Made by a program: the position numbers and the translations under genes. The notes beneath the pieces are model-generated. The model ran no database searches and was not told where the DNA came from. It worked only from the letters and a program-made list of their open reading frames with translations. A stretch of 64,000 nucleotides of DNA from an uncultured Gemmatimonadales bacterium (lineage in GTDB: Bacteria > Gemmatimonadota > Gemmatimonadetes > Gemmatimonadales > GWC2-71-9), in NCBI GenBank assembly GCA_963812755.1, contig CAWEWK010000026.1:168078-232077 (forward strand). Direction: 5' to 3'. Of this stretch, positions 10,367-20,651 are shown piece after piece; positions within the stretch are counted from its first letter, which is position 1; each line of letters begins with the position of its first letter.

Positions 10367-12820
10367 TCAGGAACCCGACGTATCGGCGGGCAAACCCAGC
10401 GCGGCCCGCAGGCGCTGCCACGCGCGACCGAAGCCGACCCAATCGGCTCCGCGAAGCGCGGAATCGGCCCGCTCCAACCACTGTCGTGCCTCGTCCAGCC
10501 GATTGGCCTGCGCGCTGCTCGCGATACTGGGTACCGACATGCCCCGCAAGTTGCTCCAGGCTTCGTCCAGCGTGCGACCGGCGCCGCCACGCTCGCCGAC
10601 CGCCACGCTGATCCACGCAACCGTAACCCCGCCCTGTTTGCGCCGGGCATAGGCAACCTGGTACGCGACGGGCCCGTCGCCCGCCACATCGAGGCGGAAT
10701 GGGCCCGGCCTCAGGCTGTCTCCGGCCTCCCGAATGGAGTCGCTCAGCGCGTCGTAGGAGGCGAAGCGGCCCCACTTGCTCTCCAACGCGCTGCGAGTCG
10801 GAATGGCTGCGCCGCTGATGGAGTCCAGCCGGACCAGGCGCAACACGTCCTGCCCATCCTCCCGGCCACCCAGCAGGAGCGCGCTCATTCGCCGCTCGCT
10901 GGTGCGCTCGTACGGAACCAGCCGCAAGGGGCCAGTGGTGTCGGGCGCCCACGCCACGGTGCTGCGAATGGGATCGGTACCGGCTTGCACCGGACGGCCG
11001 CCGGGGGGAATGCCCGGGGCCCAGGACCCCTGTTCCACCGCGCGGGCCTGGACTCGAAACAGATCCACTGGATAGGGTGCCGCTGACAGCACGACCGCCG
11101 GAATGGCCGAGGCGGGCTCTACCACGCCGCGGGAGATGGAGGCCCAGGATTCCGCCAGATCGTCCGCTCCCGGGCGGAGGAAGACTCTGGTGCGGCCGGT
11201 CGTTGCTTCGACGACGGCGAGAAAGCCGGCCTGAAGCGCGCCTACCCGCCTTCCCTGCCAGGTCAACCGGTCGGTGAGCGGAAATGTGGTGGAGGAGACA
11301 TAGCCGTCCAGGAGCCACAGCAGCTCCCCATTGGCAACCCGAGGAACCGGGGGCGTCCATCGGGCATACGGAGCCAGCCGCTGCAAGCGATCAAGGGGAG
11401 AAAGCCGCCAATCCACCCTGGCATCACGAGGCAGTTGGGACAGCAGGCTCGCGGCCTGGAGCGCCCAGGCGAGAACCACGCGACGGGCCCAACTCTGCGC
11501 CCGAACGCCTCGATTCCCCGAGGTCACCCGGTACAGCGGGGCATGAGGTTGGTAGCCGTCCTCGCCCAGCTCGAGCAGTGGAGCAGGCGACGGCCGGGGC
11601 ACCGAGTCACCGGTGTAGAAGAGCGGTAGGCCGCCTCTTCCCAGCCGGTCGTCGGCCACGGCGAACACGGCGAGATCTCCATTGGCACGACTCCGCGCCG
11701 CCAGCCAGACTGGCCGTCGCCCGCCGGCGACGATAATTGCCTCATCGGCGACTACGAACTCGGCGGAGTCACCGGCCACCAGCCGGGCAACCACCAGGGA
11801 ATCCCAGAACGCGGGCAAGCGCGGGGGTGTTCGACGGTCGCTCACCTGGAGGCGGCTCTCCTGGAGCTGGCCGAGCCGAAAGGCAACCCGGGTCAACGCC
11901 TCCTTCATCCTGGACGAAACGGCAGGTTCGCCAGCGCCCCGCATCGCCGGTGGAACCATGAGGTGGCCAACCAGGGAGCCGAGCGCGAGCACGATCCATC
12001 CTGCCGCCACCAGTGCATGACGGGGACGGACGGCCCAGGCAGCGGAGAGGCCGGCGGTGGCCAGCGCGACTCCAGCCAGGAGCGGTGCCACCAGCATGGT
12101 GGCCTGCCAGGAGGCGACGTCGGGCGCTTCGGTGAGGCCCGCCACCAGCTCGTACGGCTCCAGCAGGTAGCCCCAGAGCAGCATCAGGGCCAACCCGGCG
12201 AGCAGCCAACCCAGATGGGCCCGAGCGTGGTTGTTGATGGCCGGCCGGCCCTCGATCCAGCGCACTGCCCCAACCAGCATGTAGAGCGCGAAAACCAACC
12301 CGAGGGCGAGCAACACCAGCAGCAGAGCAGCCCCGTGCGCCGCCCGCCACAGTGGAAGCTGGGCGACGTACAGGCCCAGGTCGTGCCGGAGCAGCGGGTC
12401 ACCCATCCCGTAGGCGACGCCGTTCCATGCCAGAGCTACTTCCTGCCACCACTTCGACGTGCCGGTTCCGACCAGCAGGCCGAGCAGCGCTCCGCTCCCG
12501 ACCGCGATGGCGAGCAGGGTGGCCGGGGTCAGCGCTTCGCGGAACTCAAGATTGGCGACATTGCGGCGCACCTGGACCGAGCCCACTGCACGGTACACCA
12601 GCAGCAGATGGCCGATGAACCAGGCGGATGCGATGAGCACGCCGGAGAGATCGAGCGTGAGACGAAGGACGTGCCAGTCGGTGAGAAAGCCGACTGCGGA
12701 GGGGGAGAGCTCTTCGGCCCACCATCGGTCGGCCAGCACGCTGGCCGTCCAGCGGCCGGCGAACAGAAGAGTGACGAGTCCCGCGAGCGCGGCGCTGAGC
12801 TGACGAGCGCGCCGCGACAC
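10367..12820 (-). CDS. UPF0182-family large integral membrane protein
   Basis: 817 aa. The N-terminus (RRARQLSAALAGLVTLLFAGRW...DRWWAEEL) is followed by ~7 predicted TM helices and a ~500-aa soluble domain. The pattern is typical of UPF0182. Function unknown. Confidence 0.6.
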   Translation of the reverse strand: MSRRARQLSAALAGLVTLLFAGRWTASVLADRWWAEELSPSAVGFLTDWHVLRLTLDLSGVLIASAWFIGHLLLVYRAVGSVQVRRNVANLEFREALTPATLLAIAVGSGALLGLLVGTGTSKWWQEVALAWNGVAYGMGDPLLRHDLGLYVAQLPLWRAAHGAALLLVLLALGLVFALYMLVGAVRWIEGRPAINNHARAHLGWLLAGLALMLLWGYLLEPYELVAGLTEAPDVASWQATMLVAPLLAGVALATAGLSAAWAVRPRHALVAAGWIVLALGSLVGHLMVPPAMRGAGEPAVSSRMKEALTRVAFRLGQLQESRLQVSDRRTPPRLPAFWDSLVVARLVAGDSAEFVVADEAIIVAGGRRPVWLAARSRANGDLAVFAVADDRLGRGGLPLFYTGDSVPRPSPAPLLELGEDGYQPHAPLYRVTSGNRGVRAQSWARRVVLAWALQAASLLSQLPRDARVDWRLSPLDRLQRLAPYARWTPPVPRVANGELLWLLDGYVSSTTFPLTDRLTWQGRRVGALQAGFLAVVEATTGRTRVFLRPGADDLAESWASISRGVVEPASAIPAVVLSAAPYPVDLFRVQARAVEQGSWAPGIPPGGRPVQAGTDPIRSTVAWAPDTTGPLRLVPYERTSERRMSALLLGGREDGQDVLRLVRLDSISGAAIPTRSALESKWGRFASYDALSDSIREAGDSLRPGPFRLDVAGDGPVAYQVAYARRKQGGVTVAWISVAVGERGGAGRTLDEAWSNLRGMSVPSIASSAQANRLDEARQWLERADSALRGADWVGFGRAWQRLRAALGLPADTSGS

Positions 12821-12824
12821 GGAG

Positions 12825-14195
12825 CTAAGCGCGCACGCCCTGGCCGGCGAGCCAGCGCACCACTTCGCCGCGGTAGGCGTCCAGCGCGTCCGGCGCGGTG
12901 GCCTCGAACCTCATGACCAGGATGGGTTGAGTATTCGAAGCGCGCAGCAGCCCCCAACCTTTCGGGAAGGTGATCCGCACTCCGTCGATCGTGATGACCG
13001 GATAGCGCTCGGCGAAATAGGCGGCGGCGCGCTCGACGATCGCGAACTTCTCTTCCTCCGGAGCGTCGATCCGTATCTCGGGGGTCGCGAAAGTCTTGGG
13101 TAGGTCTGCCAAGTGCGGCGCGAGGCCGAACGGACGCCGGCTCACGATTTCGAGCAGACGGGCGGCGGCGAACAGGGCATCGTCGAACCCCAGGTAGTCC
13201 CCGCCGAAGAACATGTGCCCACTCATCTCTCCGGCCAGCGGCGCATGCAGCTCCTTCATCTTGGCCTTGATGAGCGAGTGACCGGTCTTCCACATGACCG
13301 GCTTGGCACCAGCCGCGGTCAGGGCTTGGGGGAGCACTTCGGAGCATTTCACGTCAAAGATCACCGGGGTGCCCGGTCCGAAGCGGCGAACCGCGTCGCG
13401 GCCGAATAGTACCAGCAACTGGTCGCCGAAGATCACTTCGCCGGTTTCGTCCACTGCTCCGATCCGGTCGGCGTCGCCGTCGAAGGCGATGCCCAGCTCG
13501 GCGCCGCTCCGGCGAACCTCCACCTGGAGGTCGCGCAGGTTTTCCGGGACCGTGGGATCGGGATGGTGGTTGGGGAAGGTTCCATCCGATTCGCAGAACA
13601 GCGGAATCACCTCGGCACCGAGACCCTGCAGAGTCGAGACTGCGATGAGGCTCCCCACTCCGTTGCCGCAGTCGGCGACCACCTTGACCCGCCGCTCCAG
13701 CCGATTCCGGCTGATGATGCCCTCTCGATAGCGCTGAAGCACCGATCCGTCGCTGGTCTCCTTCCCCACCCCGCTCCGCCACCGCTCGGCCGTGATGATC
13801 TCCCACAGGTCGAGGATTTCGTCACCGTGGAACGCTTCACCTCCGAGTACCATCTTAAAGCCATTGAATTCCGGGGGATTGTGGGAGCCGGTGACCTGGA
13901 GGCCGGCGTCAGTACCCAGGGCCGACACGGCGAAATAGAGAGCCGGGGTGGGCACGGTGCCCACATCCACGGCCGTACCTCCCGCGTCCACGATGCCACG
14001 GCGGACGCCAGTTGCCAGATCGGGGCCCGAGGGGCGGTTGTCGCGGCCCACCGCGATGACCGGTGCGCGGCCCATCCGGGCCCAGGCGACGCTGGCGAAG
14101 GCGCGGCCCAATGCCCGCGCCAGCTCCGGTGTCAGCTCCCGGTCGACTATGCCTCGGACGTCGTACTGCCGGAAGATCGACTTCGGGACGTTCAT
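12825..14195 (-). CDS. phosphomannomutase/phosphoglucomutase
   Basis: 456 aa. TGSHNPPEFNGFK phosphoserine loop, FDGDADR Mg site and GEMSGH sugar-binding loop. Confidence 0.92.
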   Translation of the reverse strand: MNVPKSIFRQYDVRGIVDRELTPELARALGRAFASVAWARMGRAPVIAVGRDNRPSGPDLATGVRRGIVDAGGTAVDVGTVPTPALYFAVSALGTDAGLQVTGSHNPPEFNGFKMVLGGEAFHGDEILDLWEIITAERWRSGVGKETSDGSVLQRYREGIISRNRLERRVKVVADCGNGVGSLIAVSTLQGLGAEVIPLFCESDGTFPNHHPDPTVPENLRDLQVEVRRSGAELGIAFDGDADRIGAVDETGEVIFGDQLLVLFGRDAVRRFGPGTPVIFDVKCSEVLPQALTAAGAKPVMWKTGHSLIKAKMKELHAPLAGEMSGHMFFGGDYLGFDDALFAAARLLEIVSRRPFGLAPHLADLPKTFATPEIRIDAPEEEKFAIVERAAAYFAERYPVITIDGVRITFPKGWGLLRASNTQPILVMRFEATAPDALDAYRGEVVRWLAGQGVRA

Positions 14196-14213
14196 CGGAC
14201 CATCATCTCCGAC

Positions 14214-15713
14214 TCATTGACCCGCAATCGGCACCCCGGTCTGGGTGAGCGTCTTGGCGCTCTCGCCAGCCAGGGTCAACAGCCCGCCGGGCCAGAAGCC
14301 GAATAGGAGCACCGCGGCGACCGAGAGCGCAATTGCCCCTGCCGCGGCCGGTGCCAGCCGCACTCCCTCGTACCGGCCCGCTCCGGGTGCCGGCTTCATG
14401 TACATGGCCATGATGACCGGCAGGTAGTACCCCGCCGACACCACGCTGGTGAGGACCAGCACGACCGCCAGGATGGCATGACTTTCGGCTACCACCGCCA
14501 GAAGGATGTACCACTTGCCGATGAACCCCAGGGTGCCGGGAAAGCCCAGCAGGGAGAGCATGCACACGGTGAGACCAAAAGCAATCCCCGGCCGGCTGGC
14601 GGCCAGCCCGGCGATGTCGTCGTAGGTCACTTCCCGCTCTCCGCCCCGTCCCAACACCGCCAGGAAGCCAAAGCTCGCGAGCGTCGTCAGTCCATAGGCA
14701 AGCAGGTAGAGCAGCACGGCAGCTGCGCCCGCCTGAGAGCCGGGCCACACTGCCACGAGGAGGTAACCCGCGTGGGCGATCGAGCTGTAGGCCAGCATTC
14801 GTTTGAGCGAGCGCTGGGCCAGCGCCACCAGGTTTCCCAGCACCATCGAAGCGATGGCGAGCGCGGCCACGACGGGCTGCCAGAGGCTGGAGGCGGACGG
14901 AAACGACTCCAGGAGAACCCGTACCAGGGCGGCGAAGGCAGCCGCCTTGACCCCGGTAGCCATGAAGCCGGTGACCGGTGTGGGAGAGCCGTCGTACACG
15001 TCAGGCGCCCACATGTGGAATGGGACCGCCGACACCTTGAAGCCGAAGCCGATGAGGAGAAGGCCCAACCCCAGAGCCGCCATGAGCGGCGTCTTCTGGG
15101 TGGCCAACTGGGCCCCGATCAACGACAGGCTGGTGGTGCCGGTGGCACCGTACACCAACGCGATGCCGTAGAGCAGAAAGCCGGAGGCAAAGGCACCGAT
15201 GAGGAAATATTTGAGGGCCGCTTCCGAGGAAAACGCGTTGGCCCGGTTGTATCCGGCCAGCACGTACACCGCGACCGACATCACCTCGAGGCCGAGAAAA
15301 AGGACGATGAGGTCTTCCGCTCCGGCCAGGAACATCATGCCCGACGTGGCGAACAGAACCAGAGGGTAGTACTCCGGTGCCAGCAAGCGCTCCCGCTCGA
15401 GGTATCCCAACGAGAGCAGAATAGTCATGGCGGCGGCCAGGAGTGCGATGGCCGACGCGGCGTACCGGAAGGGATCGAGCGCCACCATCTGGGCCAAGCC
15501 TTCGGGTGCAACCTGATTCAGCCACAGCCACGCGAGCCCCGCAGCGCTGAGCGCCACACCCATGAAGCTGAGCCAACCGGCCAGCCGGCTATCGGCCTCG
15601 GTGTCGTGCCGCCAGCTCACCACCAGGAGTACCACGAGAGCCCAGCCGCAGAGCAAGATCTCCGGCAGCAGGGCGAGAGTAATTCCCCAAGGGGTGCTGA
15701 GATCCAGCTGCAT
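14214..15713 (-). CDS. nuoN: NADH-quinone oxidoreductase subunit N
   Basis: 499 aa, polytopic antiporter-like subunit. Last gene of the nuo operon. 1-nt overlap with nuoM. Confidence 0.9.
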   Translation of the reverse strand: MQLDLSTPWGITLALLPEILLCGWALVVLLVVSWRHDTEADSRLAGWLSFMGVALSAAGLAWLWLNQVAPEGLAQMVALDPFRYAASAIALLAAAMTILLSLGYLERERLLAPEYYPLVLFATSGMMFLAGAEDLIVLFLGLEVMSVAVYVLAGYNRANAFSSEAALKYFLIGAFASGFLLYGIALVYGATGTTSLSLIGAQLATQKTPLMAALGLGLLLIGFGFKVSAVPFHMWAPDVYDGSPTPVTGFMATGVKAAAFAALVRVLLESFPSASSLWQPVVAALAIASMVLGNLVALAQRSLKRMLAYSSIAHAGYLLVAVWPGSQAGAAAVLLYLLAYGLTTLASFGFLAVLGRGGEREVTYDDIAGLAASRPGIAFGLTVCMLSLLGFPGTLGFIGKWYILLAVVAESHAILAVVLVLTSVVSAGYYLPVIMAMYMKPAPGAGRYEGVRLAPAAAGAIALSVAAVLLFGFWPGGLLTLAGESAKTLTQTGVPIAGQ

Positions 15714-17278
15714 CAGCGGGCGTCCTCCGGGACCGTTGCACCGATGCGAACCGTGCCTGGTGCGACCGCGGGTGGCCGGGCGATCTCCAAGTACCGCTGG
15801 GTGGAGCGCTCCATCCGGCGGAGTACCGGCGCAGGATAGAGACCCAGCCAGACGATGCCCAGGACCAGCGGTAGAATCACCGCCAGCTCCCTTCTGGTGA
15901 GATCGTGAAGCCGCTCGTTCTCAGGGTTATCGAGCGGGTTGAAGATCATTCGCTGGAGCGCCCACAGCAGGTAGGCGGCTGCGAAGATCACGCCGGTGGT
16001 GGCGATGCCGGTGGCCCAGGGGAAAGCGGCGAAGCTCCCCAGCAGCACCAGAAACTCTCCCACGAACCCGTTCAACCCGGGCAGCCCGATACTGGAGAGC
16101 GCGACCACCGTCAGAATGAGGCTGAAGACGGGAACCACCCGCGCGATGCCGCCGTAGCTGTCAATCAGGCGAGTATGCCGCCGCTCGTAGAGCATCCCTA
16201 TTAGAAGGAAGAGCGCTCCGGTCGAAAACCCGTGACTGATCATGATCATCAGTGCACCCTGCACGCTCTGGAGCGTGCCCCCCCAGATGCCCAGCATCAC
16301 GAAGCCGAGATGGCTCACCGAGGAGTAGGCCACCAGCTTCTTGATGTCCGGCTGCACCATCGCGACCAGGGCGCCGTAGATGACCCCAATGATGGCGAGA
16401 ACCACGACCAGGCGGCTCACTTCCTCGCTCAACGCCACCTGGGGGAAGAACGGCACCGCGAAGCGAAGGAATCCGTAGGTGCCGATCTTCAGCATCACAC
16501 TGGCCAGGAGCACGCTTCCCGCCGTCGGCGCTTCAACGTGCGCGTCCGGAAGCCACGTATGGAACGGGAAAATGGGGACCTTGATGGCGAACGCGAGGGC
16601 GAAAGCAGCGAAGAGCCAGGGCGCGGCTCGGCCCATCGAACCGGCATGGCGCAGCAGGACGTCGTAGGAGAAGGAAAGACCGCCGGTGACGGCTTGAACC
16701 TTCCAGACCATGACCAGGATCGCCACCAGCATCAGGAGCGATCCGGCCATGGTATAGATGAAGAACTTGATCGCCGCGTAGAGTCGATTGGTCCCACCCC
16801 AGATCCCGATGATGAAATACATCGGGATCAACATCACCTCGAAGAAGATGTAGAAGAGGAACAGATCCAACGCGATGAAAACGCCCACCAGTCCGGTGAG
16901 CAGCGTCAGCATCAGGGCGTAGAATCCCCGCTCCTGCCGGGTGATGTAACTCCAGCTGGCCAGCACGCTCAATGGCATCAAGCCGGTGGTGAGCAGCACC
17001 ATCGCCAGGCTGATTCCGTCGATGCCGACCCGATAACCGATTCCCCAGGCGGGGATCCAGGGATAGTCGGAGGTCAGTTGCATGGCGCCGGTGCCCGGAT
17101 CGATCGCCCACCAGAGCCCGATGGAAAGGACGAACTCAAGGGTGGTGAGTACCATCGCGGTGCGCTTGGCGGCCCCCTCCGGGCCCAGCAGCACCGGCAC
17201 CACCCCGATCAGCGGCAGGGCGATCAGGACGTGCAGGATCCAGTACTGGTACCCGATCGACCGCAGGAACTCGGTCAT
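15713..17278 (-). CDS. nuoM: NADH-quinone oxidoreductase subunit M
   Basis: 521 aa antiporter-like subunit containing HTWLPDAHVEAPTAGSV. Confidence 0.92.
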   Translation of the reverse strand: MTEFLRSIGYQYWILHVLIALPLIGVVPVLLGPEGAAKRTAMVLTTLEFVLSIGLWWAIDPGTGAMQLTSDYPWIPAWGIGYRVGIDGISLAMVLLTTGLMPLSVLASWSYITRQERGFYALMLTLLTGLVGVFIALDLFLFYIFFEVMLIPMYFIIGIWGGTNRLYAAIKFFIYTMAGSLLMLVAILVMVWKVQAVTGGLSFSYDVLLRHAGSMGRAAPWLFAAFALAFAIKVPIFPFHTWLPDAHVEAPTAGSVLLASVMLKIGTYGFLRFAVPFFPQVALSEEVSRLVVVLAIIGVIYGALVAMVQPDIKKLVAYSSVSHLGFVMLGIWGGTLQSVQGALMIMISHGFSTGALFLLIGMLYERRHTRLIDSYGGIARVVPVFSLILTVVALSSIGLPGLNGFVGEFLVLLGSFAAFPWATGIATTGVIFAAAYLLWALQRMIFNPLDNPENERLHDLTRRELAVILPLVLGIVWLGLYPAPVLRRMERSTQRYLEIARPPAVAPGTVRIGATVPEDAR

Positions 17279-17284
17279 GCGCCG

Positions 17285-19258
17285 TTACCTCACGACGACG
17301 CGCAGGATCCACAGCGCGCCCACGAGGAACAAGACCACGTACACACCGATCTGTCCGGTCTGCAGCCGGCTTCCGATCCAGCCGAGGGCGCGGGAGAGGC
17401 GGGCGGTCCCATTGACGGCCGCGCCGTCGACTACACCCTGATCGACTCCCTTCCACAGGATCACCCGGGACAGCCACACCACCGGCCGGGTGATCAGGGC
17501 GTCGTACAGCTCGTCCACGTAGTACTTGCGGTTGAGCACCCGAGCGAGGCCGGTGTCGGCCGGAGCCTGGCGTGCCGGCAGGATTGGGCGGCCGAGAGTG
17601 GCTCGGAACCCGGCCAGCAATCCGAGGACTCCGACCAGGACAGCCCCACCAACCAGGAACAGCTCGGCGGAGCCGTGCGGCATCTCCAGCCCGACGAAGC
17701 CCTCCGCGCGTTCGATCACCGGCCCCAACCAATGCTCCAGGGCCGCCCCTCCACCCAGGAAGGGCGGAAGATTCAGGGCTCCGCCTGCCAGGCTGAGGAT
17801 CCCGAGCACCACCAGTGGGCCGGTCATGACCCAGGGCGCTTCGTGCAGGTGCTCGCGCTCCTTGGCCCCGGTCCGGTTCTCGCCCAGAAAGGTCATGGCC
17901 ATGAGCCGGGCCATGTAGAAGGCGGTGAGGAACGCCGCCAGCACACCCATGCCGTAGAAGACGTAGTAGATGGGCCACTGGGCCCCCCGGGCGAACGCCG
18001 CCGCCAGGATCTCGTCCTTGGAGAAGAATCCGGAGAACGGTGGGATCCCCGCGATCGCCAGGGTAGCGATGAGCATGAGCCAGAAGGTGATCGGCATGTA
18101 TTGCTTGAGGCCACCCATGTTGCGCATGTCCTGCGCGTCATCGTGCGAATGGGTGGCGTGATACGCGTGGTGCATGGCGTGAATCACGCTCCCCGACCCG
18201 AGGAACAGCAACGCCTTGAAGAACGCGTGGGTGACCAGGTGAAACATGCCGGCCGCATACGCTCCGGTTCCCACGCCGACGAACATGTAGCCCAGCTGGG
18301 AGACCGTGGAGTAGGCCAGCACCCGCTTGATGTCATACTGCCGGAGTCCGATGGTGGCGGCGAACAGCGCGGTGAGGGCACCGATCCCGGCCACGACCAT
18401 GCTGGACAGCGGAGCCATGGCGAAGAGCACGTTGGTCCGCGCTACCAGGTAGACGCCGGCCGTCACCATCGTCGCCGCATGGATCAGGGCCGACACCGGC
18501 GTGGGACCCGCCATGGCGTCAGGCAGCCAGGTGTACAGCGGGATCTGCGCCGATTTGCCGGTGCAGCCGAGGAAGAGGAAGAGCGTGATGGCGGTGATGA
18601 TGGCGCCGCCCGGGGGCAGGACCTCCGGTGCCCGGGCCGCCACCTCGGTGAAATCCAAGGTCCCCAGGCTGCGCCAGATGAAAAACATGGCGACCAGAAA
18701 ACCGAAGTCGCCGATCCGGTTCATGATGAAGGCCTTCTTGCCGGCGTCGGCGTTGACCTTGTCATTGAACCAGAAACCGATCAGGAGGTAGGAGCAGAGA
18801 CCTACCCCTTCCCATCCGATGAACATGACCGGGAAGCTCGACCCCAGCACCAACACCAGCATGAACACGATGAAGAGGTTGAGGTACGAGAAGTAGCGGG
18901 CGTATCCCGGGTCTTCCCGCATGTAGCCGACGCTGAAGAGATGGATCAGGCTCCCCACGCCGGTCACCACCAGAAGCATGACGGTAGAGAGTTGGTCTAC
19001 CTGGAACGCCAGATCCACCTGGAGTTGACCAACCGGCAACCATGGCCAGAGCGTCACCAGGATCGGGCTGTCGGGAGGGTAGCGCAGCAGCTGCACGAAA
19101 ATCGCCAGCGACACCGCAAAAGCGCCGAGGAGGACACCGGGACCGATCAGGGAGACGAGCTGCTTGGCCTGGGGCCGCCGCAGCGCGATGGCGCCGTTGA
19201 TCAGAAAGCCGGCCAGCGGCAGGGCGACCGTAAGCCAGACCCACGACGAGAATGTCAT
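17285..19258 (-). CDS. nuoL: NADH-quinone oxidoreductase subunit L
   Basis: 657 aa. WEGVGLCSYLLIGFW and LYTWLPDAMAGPTPVSALIHAATMV. Confidence 0.93.
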   Translation of the reverse strand: MTFSSWVWLTVALPLAGFLINGAIALRRPQAKQLVSLIGPGVLLGAFAVSLAIFVQLLRYPPDSPILVTLWPWLPVGQLQVDLAFQVDQLSTVMLLVVTGVGSLIHLFSVGYMREDPGYARYFSYLNLFIVFMLVLVLGSSFPVMFIGWEGVGLCSYLLIGFWFNDKVNADAGKKAFIMNRIGDFGFLVAMFFIWRSLGTLDFTEVAARAPEVLPPGGAIITAITLFLFLGCTGKSAQIPLYTWLPDAMAGPTPVSALIHAATMVTAGVYLVARTNVLFAMAPLSSMVVAGIGALTALFAATIGLRQYDIKRVLAYSTVSQLGYMFVGVGTGAYAAGMFHLVTHAFFKALLFLGSGSVIHAMHHAYHATHSHDDAQDMRNMGGLKQYMPITFWLMLIATLAIAGIPPFSGFFSKDEILAAAFARGAQWPIYYVFYGMGVLAAFLTAFYMARLMAMTFLGENRTGAKEREHLHEAPWVMTGPLVVLGILSLAGGALNLPPFLGGGAALEHWLGPVIERAEGFVGLEMPHGSAELFLVGGAVLVGVLGLLAGFRATLGRPILPARQAPADTGLARVLNRKYYVDELYDALITRPVVWLSRVILWKGVDQGVVDGAAVNGTARLSRALGWIGSRLQTGQIGVYVVLFLVGALWILRVVVR

Positions 19259-19569
19259 CAGCCGCGTAGGAGGTTGATGTTCTGCAGGTCGACCGACTGC
19301 TTATGGCGGAAGATGGCGAGGATAATGGCCAGCCCGACGGCGGCCTCGGCCGCGGCGACGGTCATAACGAAGAACACCATCACGTAGCCGCTGGCCCCAT
19401 GGAGCTGGGCCAACGCCACGAAGCTCAGATTCACCGCGTTGAGCATCAGCTCGACGCACATGAAGAGCACGATGGCATTGCGGCGCAGGAGCACGCCCGC
19501 GACTCCCAGGCTGAAGAGAATGGCCGAGAGTCCGAGCGAGGGACCGAGCAAGGAGGCGCCGTCCGGCAT
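19258..19569 (-). CDS. nuoK: NADH-quinone oxidoreductase subunit K
   Basis: ORF 19258..20106 trimmed to [10 protein letters not shown]... (103 aa, 3 [12 protein letters not shown]). The ATG at 19569 shares 1 nt with the nuoJ stop. Confidence 0.88.
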   Translation of the reverse strand: MPDGASLLGPSLGLSAILFSLGVAGVLLRRNAIVLFMCVELMLNAVNLSFVALAQLHGASGYVMVFFVMTVAAAEAAVGLAIILAIFRHKQSVDLQNINLLRG

Positions 19570-20126
19570 CACACTCTCCGCTTGGCGAGGACGACCGCGC
19601 CGATGATGGCCACCAGCAGGAGGATCGAGGTGATCTCGAAAGGAATCAGGTAGGTCTGGAACATCGGGACCGCCACGCTCCCGACCACGCCCCGCACCGC
19701 CGTCTCCTGCCGGGTGAGCTCCCCGGCCGCGAACAGCGTCGCCGGATCGCTGAAGCTGGGGGACTGGGCTACCTCCGCGGCCAGACGGCGGGGGGAGTAG
19801 CGGTAGAGGGTGACCAGCTCGATCAAGAGCAGCCCGGCGATCACCACCGTGGCCGCAACCGAGGGTGGACCGCGGAAATCCGGGCCGGTCCGCCCCAGAT
19901 TGAGGAGCATGATCACAAACAGGAAGAGGACCATGATGGCGCCCACGTACACCAGGACCTGGAGCGCGGCGATCAGCTCGGCGTTGAGCAGGACGTAGAT
20001 GGCAGCCAGCGAGAACATGGTGGACATGAGCCACAGGGCCGAGACTACCGGACTGCGCTGGAGGATGCACATGGAGGCCCCCAGCACCGCCGCAACCGCG
20101 AAGCAATAGAAGACGAACTCGGTCAT
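19569..20126 (-). CDS. nuoJ: NADH-quinone oxidoreductase subunit J
   Basis: 185 aa hydrophobic protein lying between nuoI and nuoK. Confidence 0.85.
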   Translation of the reverse strand: MTEFVFYCFAVAAVLGASMCILQRSPVVSALWLMSTMFSLAAIYVLLNAELIAALQVLVYVGAIMVLFLFVIMLLNLGRTGPDFRGPPSVAATVVIAGLLLIELVTLYRYSPRRLAAEVAQSPSFSDPATLFAAGELTRQETAVRGVVGSVAVPMFQTYLIPFEITSILLLVAIIGAVVLAKRRV

Positions 20127-20651
20127 CTACTCACCCTTCGGGTCGGTCGGATCCCACAGCGAGGACACCGGGTGGGTCTGGGAAGACAGGCGCTCCAGGT
20201 CGTATACGAACCGGCCGCGACTGTACTCCGAGTTTTCGAAATGAACTCCCACGTGAATGGCCTCCTCGGGGCAGACCTCCTGGCAATAGCCGCAAAAGAT
20301 GCAACGGAACTCGTCGATCTCGTAAATCAGGGGATAGCGATTGCCTTGCTCGTCTTCGCCCGGTACCAGCTTGATGCAGTTGGCCGGGCAAATCTGGGGA
20401 CACAGTCCGCAGGCCACGCACTTGGAGCGGCCCTGCTCGTCGGTGAGCATGCGGTGAGTGCCGCGCCACCGGTTGGAGAGACTGTAGTTCGCGATGCCGT
20501 GCTCGGCACCGGTGCTCTTCTCTTCCGGGTATTGCATGGTCACCTTCTTCTCGAACATGTGCTTGAAGGTGAGAGCCATGCCTTTGAGGGTCGCCCGCAC
20601 GTAGCTGACCTGCCGCTCGGGGCGCTTGAGAACCTTGACGCCGATCGCCAT
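20127..20651 (-). CDS. nuoI: NADH-quinone oxidoreductase subunit I
   Basis: ORF trimmed to [12 protein letters not shown]... (174 aa). Two 4Fe-4S motifs, [12 protein letters not shown] and [12 protein letters not shown]. Confidence 0.93.
   Translation of the reverse strand: MAIGVKVLKRPERQVSYVRATLKGMALTFKHMFEKKVTMQYPEEKSTGAEHGIANYSLSNRWRGTHRMLTDEQGRSKCVACGLCPQICPANCIKLVPGEDEQGNRYPLIYEIDEFRCIFCGYCQEVCPEEAIHVGVHFENSEYSRGRFVYDLERLSSQTHPVSSLWDPTDPKGE

Noticed and set aside
16232-19387. 1051-aa plus-strand ORF, the longest in the track
   Set aside because: It is entirely antisense to nuoM/nuoL, which have unmistakable motifs. Its translation is low-complexity and rich in H/Q/D/E/R/G with no recognisable domain. 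This is the typical stop-poor antisense frame of GC-rich DNA.
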